In this document: positions 58,940 through 64,000 of the stretch, piece by piece | Layout of the letters: every line of letters starts with the position of its first letter | How positions within the stretch are numbered: position 1 is the first letter of the stretch | NCBI GenBank assembly: GCA_946965045.2 | Contig: OX337234.1 | Location: 1,550,001-1,614,000 of the forward strand | Source of the DNA: Epithemia pelagica | Lineage: Eukaryota; Protista; Bacillariophyta | Direction of reading: 5' to 3' | Length of the DNA stretch: 64,000 bases | Notes under the pieces: model-generated | Seen by the model: only the letters and a program-made list of their open reading frames with translations | Database searches by the model: none | Told to the model about the DNA's origin: nothing | Made by a program: the position numbers and the translations under genes

Positions 58940-61900
58940 TTAGTCAATGTCAAGGCCAACGCTATATCGGTATGGTCTATTGCAAGCCTTTCTCGTCACA
59001 GATCACGAGATCCGATCCTATGGTATCCATAAAAATGATACACTAAGGGTCTCTTCCAAAATCTGGACCGATTCCATGAAGAGAAGGATCTCTTTGCTCC
59101 ATGTCCATACAATTTTGGCACGGCGACAACGCCAAACCGATCTGATCTATTGCAAGCCTTTATCTTGACGGCACATGAGATCAGAGCCTATGGTATACAT
59201 GGCTATGATATCCCGAGGATATGTACCAAGACCTGGGTCGATTCGATGAACAGAAAAATGTCTTTCCTCCAAGAAGTCTATGGAAGTTTGGGACGACGAC
59301 AACGCCGCACCGGTGTGGTCTACAACAAGAATTTAGGTCAATGATAGACGAGATCAGCGCCTATGACGTCCATGCCTATGATACCACAAGTGTCTCTACC
59401 AGTTTTGAAGCGATTCAATTTATAGAAGGGTGTCTTTGCTCCATGTCCATGGAAGTTTGGGACATCGACAACACGACACTGGTATGGTCTACAACAAGAC
59501 TTTTGGTCCGCGATAGACGAGTTCAGAGCCTATGACATCCATGCCTATGATACCCCAAGTGTGTCTACCGAAATTTGGAGCGATTCAAGTTATAGAAGGG
59601 TGTCTTTGCTACATGTCCATGGAAGTTTGGGATATCGACAACGCGAGACTGGTATGGTCTAAAACAAGACTTTTGGTCTGCGATACATGAGTTCAGAGCC
59701 TAAGACGTCCATTCCTGTGATACCCCAAGTGACTCTACAGAAATTTCGAGCAATTCAAGTTATAGAAGGGTGTCTTTGCTCCATGTCCATGGAAGTTTGG
59801 GACATCGACAACATGACACTGGTATGGTCTACAACAAGACTTTTGGTCCGCAATAGACGAGTTCAAAGCCTATGATCTCCATGCCTATGATACCCCAAGT
59901 GTGTCTACCGAAATTTGGAGCGATTCAAGTTATAGAAGAGTGTCTTTGCTCCATGTCCATGGAAGTTTGGTACAACGACAACGCCACACCGATATGGTCT
60001 ACAACAAGACTTTTGGTCCATGGTAGATGAGTTCAGAGCCTATGATATCCATGCCTATGATACCCCAAGTGGCTCTACCGAAATTTGGAGCGATTCAAGT
60101 TATAGAAGGGTGTCTTTGTTCCACGTCCATGGAAGTTTGGGACATCGACAACACGACACTGGTATGGTCTACAACAAGACTTTTGGTCCGCTATAGACGA
60201 GTTCAGAGCCTATGACATCCATGCCTATGATACCCCAAGTGTGTCTACCGAAATTTGGAGCGATTCAAGTTATAGAAGAGTGTCTTTGCTCCATGTCCAT
60301 GGAAGTTTGGTACAACGACAACGCCACACCGGTATGGTCTACTACAAGACTTTTGGTCCATGGTACACGAGTTCAGAGCCTATGACGTCCATTCCTGTGA
60401 TACCCCAAGTTTGTCTACCGAAATTTCGAGCGATTCAAGTTATAGAAGGGTGTCTTTGCTCCATGTCCATGGAAGTTTGGGACAACGACAACGCCACACC
60501 GGTATGGTCTACAAGAAGACTTTTGGTCCGCGATTACGAGTTCAGAGCCTATGATCTCCATGCCTATGATACCCCAAGTGTCTCTACCGAAATTTGGAGC
60601 GATTCAAGTTATAGAAGAGTGTCTTTGCTCCATGTCCATGGAAGTTTGGTACAACGACAACGCCACACCGATATGGTCTACAACAAGACTTTTGGTCCAT
60701 GGTAGATGAGTTCAGAGCCTATGATATCCATGCCTATGATACCCCAAGTGTGTCTACCGAGATTAGGAGCGATTTAAGTTATAGAAGGGTGTCTTTGCTC
60801 CATGTCCATGAAAGTTTGGTACAACGACAACGCCACACCGGTATGGTCTACAACAAGACTTTTAGTCCGCGATAGACGAGTTCAGAGCCTATGACATCCA
60901 TACCTATGATACCCCAAGTGTCTCTACCGAGATTTGGAGCGATTCAAGTTATAGAAGAGTGTCTTTGCTCCATGTCCATGGAAGTTTGGTACAACGACAA
61001 CGCCACACCGGTATGGTCTACAAGAAGACTTTTGGTCCGCGATTACGAGTTCAGAGCCTATGATCTCCATGCCTATGATACCCTAAGTGTCTCTACCGAA
61101 ATTTAGAGCGATTCAAGTTATAGAACGGTGTCTTTGCTCCATGTCCATGGAAGTTTGGTACAACGACAACGCAACAGTGGTATGGTCTACAACAAGACTT
61201 TTGGTCCGCGATTACGAGTTCAGAGCCTATGACATCCATGCCTATGATACCCCAAGTGTGTCTACCAAAATTTGGAGCGATTCAAGTTATAGAAGGGTGT
61301 CTTTGCTCCATGTCCATGGAAGTTTGGGACATCGACAACACGACACTGGTATGGTCTACAACAAGACTTTTGGTTTGAGATGCACGAGTTCAAGGCCCAT
61401 GACATCCATACCTATGATACCCCAAGTGTCTCTACCGAGATTTGGAGCGATTCAAGTTATAGAAGAGTGTCTTTGCTCCATGTCCATGGAAGTTTGGTAC
61501 AACGACAACGCCACACCGGTATGGTCTACAAGAAGACTTTTGGTCCGCGATTATGAGTTCAGAGCCTATGATATCCATGCCTATGATACCCCAAGTGTCT
61601 CTACCGAAATTTAGAGCGATTCAAGTTATAGAACGGTGTCTTTGCTCCATGTCCATGGAAGTTTGGTACAACGACAACGCCACACCGGTATGGTCTACAA
61701 CAAGACTTTTAGTCCGCGATAGACGAGTTCAGAGCCTATGACATCCATACCTATGATACCCCAAGTTTCTCTACCGAGATTTGGAGCGATTCAATTTATA
61801 GAAGGGTGTCTTTGCTCCATGTCCATGGAAGTTTGGGACATCGACAACGCGACACTGGTATGGTCTACAACAAGACTTTTGGTCCGCGATAGATGAGTTC

Positions 61901-64000
61901 AGAGCATATGATATCCATTCCTGTGATACCCCAAGTGTCTCTACCGAAATTTGGAGTGATTCAAGCTTTAGAATGGTGTCTTTGCTCTATGTCCATGGAA
62001 GTTTGGTACATTTGGAAGTTTGGGACATCGACAACACGACACTGGTATGGTCTACAACAAGACTTTTGGTCTGCGATACACGAGTTCAAAGTCTATGACA
62101 TCCATGCCTATGATACCCCAATTGTCTCTACCGGAATTCGGAGCGATTCAAGTTATAGAAGGGCGTCTTTGCTCCATGTCCATGGAAGTTTGGGAAATGG
62201 ACAACGCGACACTGGTATGGTCTACAACAAGACTTTTGGTCTGCGATAAACGAGTTCAGAGCCTATGACGTCCATTCCTGTGATACCCCAAGTGACTCTA
62301 CAGAAATTTCGAGCAATTCAAGTTATAGAAGGGTGTCTTTGTTCCATGTCCATGGAAATTTGGTACATCGACAACACGACACTGGTATGGTCTACAACAA
62401 GACTTTTGGTCCGCGATAGACGAGTTCAGAGCCTATGACATCCATGCCTATGATACCCCAAGTGTCTCTACCCCAAGTGTCTCTACCGAACTTTGGAGCG
62501 ATTCAAGTTATAGAAGGGTGTCTTTGCTCCATGTCCATGGAAGTTTGGGACATGACAACGCAACAGTGGTATGGTCTATAACAAGACTTTTGGTCTGCGA
62601 TAGACGAGTTCAGAGCCTATGACATCCATGCCTATGATACCCCAAGTGTCTCTACCGAACTTTGGAGCGATTCAAGTAATAGCAGAGTGTCTTTGCTCCA
62701 TGTCCATGGAAGTTTGGGACATCCACAAGGCGATACTGATATGGTCTACAACAAGACTTTTGGTTCGCGATAGACGAGTTCAGAGCCTATGACATCCATG
62801 CCTATGATACCCCAAGTGTGTCTACCGCAATTTAAAGCAATTTAAATTATAGAAGTTTGTCTTTGCTCCATGTCCATGGAAGTTTGGGACATCGACAACG
62901 CAACAGTGGTATGGTCTATAACAAGACTTTTGGTCCGCGATAGACGAGTTCAGAGCCTATGACATCCATGCCTATGATACCCCAAGTGTTTCTACCGAAA
63001 TTTGGAGCGATTCAAGTTATAGAAGAGTGTCTTTGCTCCATGTCCATGGAAGTTTGGTACAACGACAACGCCACACCGGTATGGTCTACAACAAGACTTT
63101 TAGTCCGCGATAGACGAGTTCAGAGCCTATGACATCCATGCCTATGATACCCCAAGTGTCTCTACCGAGATTTGGAGCGATTCAAGTTATAGAAGAGTGT
63201 CTTTGCACCATGTCCATGGAAGTTTGGTACAACGACAACGCCACACCGGTATGGTCTACAACAAGAGTTTTGGTCCGCGATAGACGAGTTCAGAGTTTAT
63301 GATATCCATGCCTATGATACCCCAAGTGTCTCTACCGAAATTCGGAGCGATTCAAGTTATAGAAGGGTGTCTTTGCTCCATAACCATGGAAGTTTGGGAA
63401 ATGGACATCGCGACACTGGTATGGTCTACATCAAGACTTTTGGTCTGCGATACACGAGTTCAGAGCCTATGACGTCCATTCCTGTGATACCCCAAGTGAC
63501 TCTACAGAAATTTCGAGCGATTCAAGTTATAGAAGGGTGTCTTTGCTCCATGTCCATGGATATTTGGTACATCGACAACACAATACTGGTATGGTCTACA
63601 ACAAGACTTTTGGTCCGCGATAGACGAGTTCAGAGCCTATGACATCCATGCCTATGATACCCCAAGTGTGTCTACCAAAATTTGGAGCGATTCAAGTTAT
63701 AGAAGGGTGTCTTTGCTCCATGTCCATGGAAGTTTGGGACATCGACAACACGACACTGGTATGGTCTACAACAAGACTTTTGGTTTGAGATGCACGAGTT
63801 CAAGGCCCATGACATCCATGCCTATGATACCCCAAGTGTGTCTACCGAGATTTGGAGCGATTCAAGTTATAGAAGAGTGTCTTTGCTCCATGTCCATGGA
63901 AGTTTGGTACAACGACAACGCCACACCGGTATGGTCTTCAACAAGACTTTTGGTCCGCGATAGACGAGTTCAGAGCCTATGACATCCATGCCTATGATAC
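58940..64000 (+). repeat. 170-bp tandem satellite, ~30 copies, continuing past the window end
   Basis: GAGTTCAGAGCC-type motif at 59519, 59689, 59859, 60029, 60199, 60369 and onward. The first 2-3 units are much more diverged. Confidence 0.97.

Noticed and set aside
59150-64000. Repetitive short ORFs in the satellite
   Set aside because: The 170-bp unit is not a multiple of three, frames shift every unit, and there is no sustained ORF.

Overview
Eukaryotic genomic DNA, most likely a pennate diatom (short GT-AG introns, bipartite plastid-targeting peptide, CoDi-like Ty1/copia). The window has two halves. The first (1-20.6 kb) is compact and gene-dense: a C19 ubiquitin-specific protease, a signal-peptide tandem-SET protein, an MFS transporter, a GatC-like protein, RAD51 (6 exons), dihydroxy-acid dehydratase, a disordered 2xUIM protein and a 1217-aa helical orphan. 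The second (21-64 kb) is mobile and repetitive. It holds (i) a 1221-aa spliced DDE recombinase whose motifs line up with the RAG1/Transib core, tail-to-tail with an unrelated ORF and bracketed by a 14-bp inverted repeat; (ii) a Helitron2-like Rep-helicase split by a 6556-bp Ty1/copia with a chromo-like module, followed by a second, internally deleted Helitron copy; (iii) tandem-RING and TET/JBP-like dioxygenase ORFs that one GC-AG intron would fuse into a 1674-aa protein; and (iv) 52-, ~130-, 105- and 170-bp tandem repeats, the last running off the window end. All protein assignments come from motif recognition by eye; no database searches were run.
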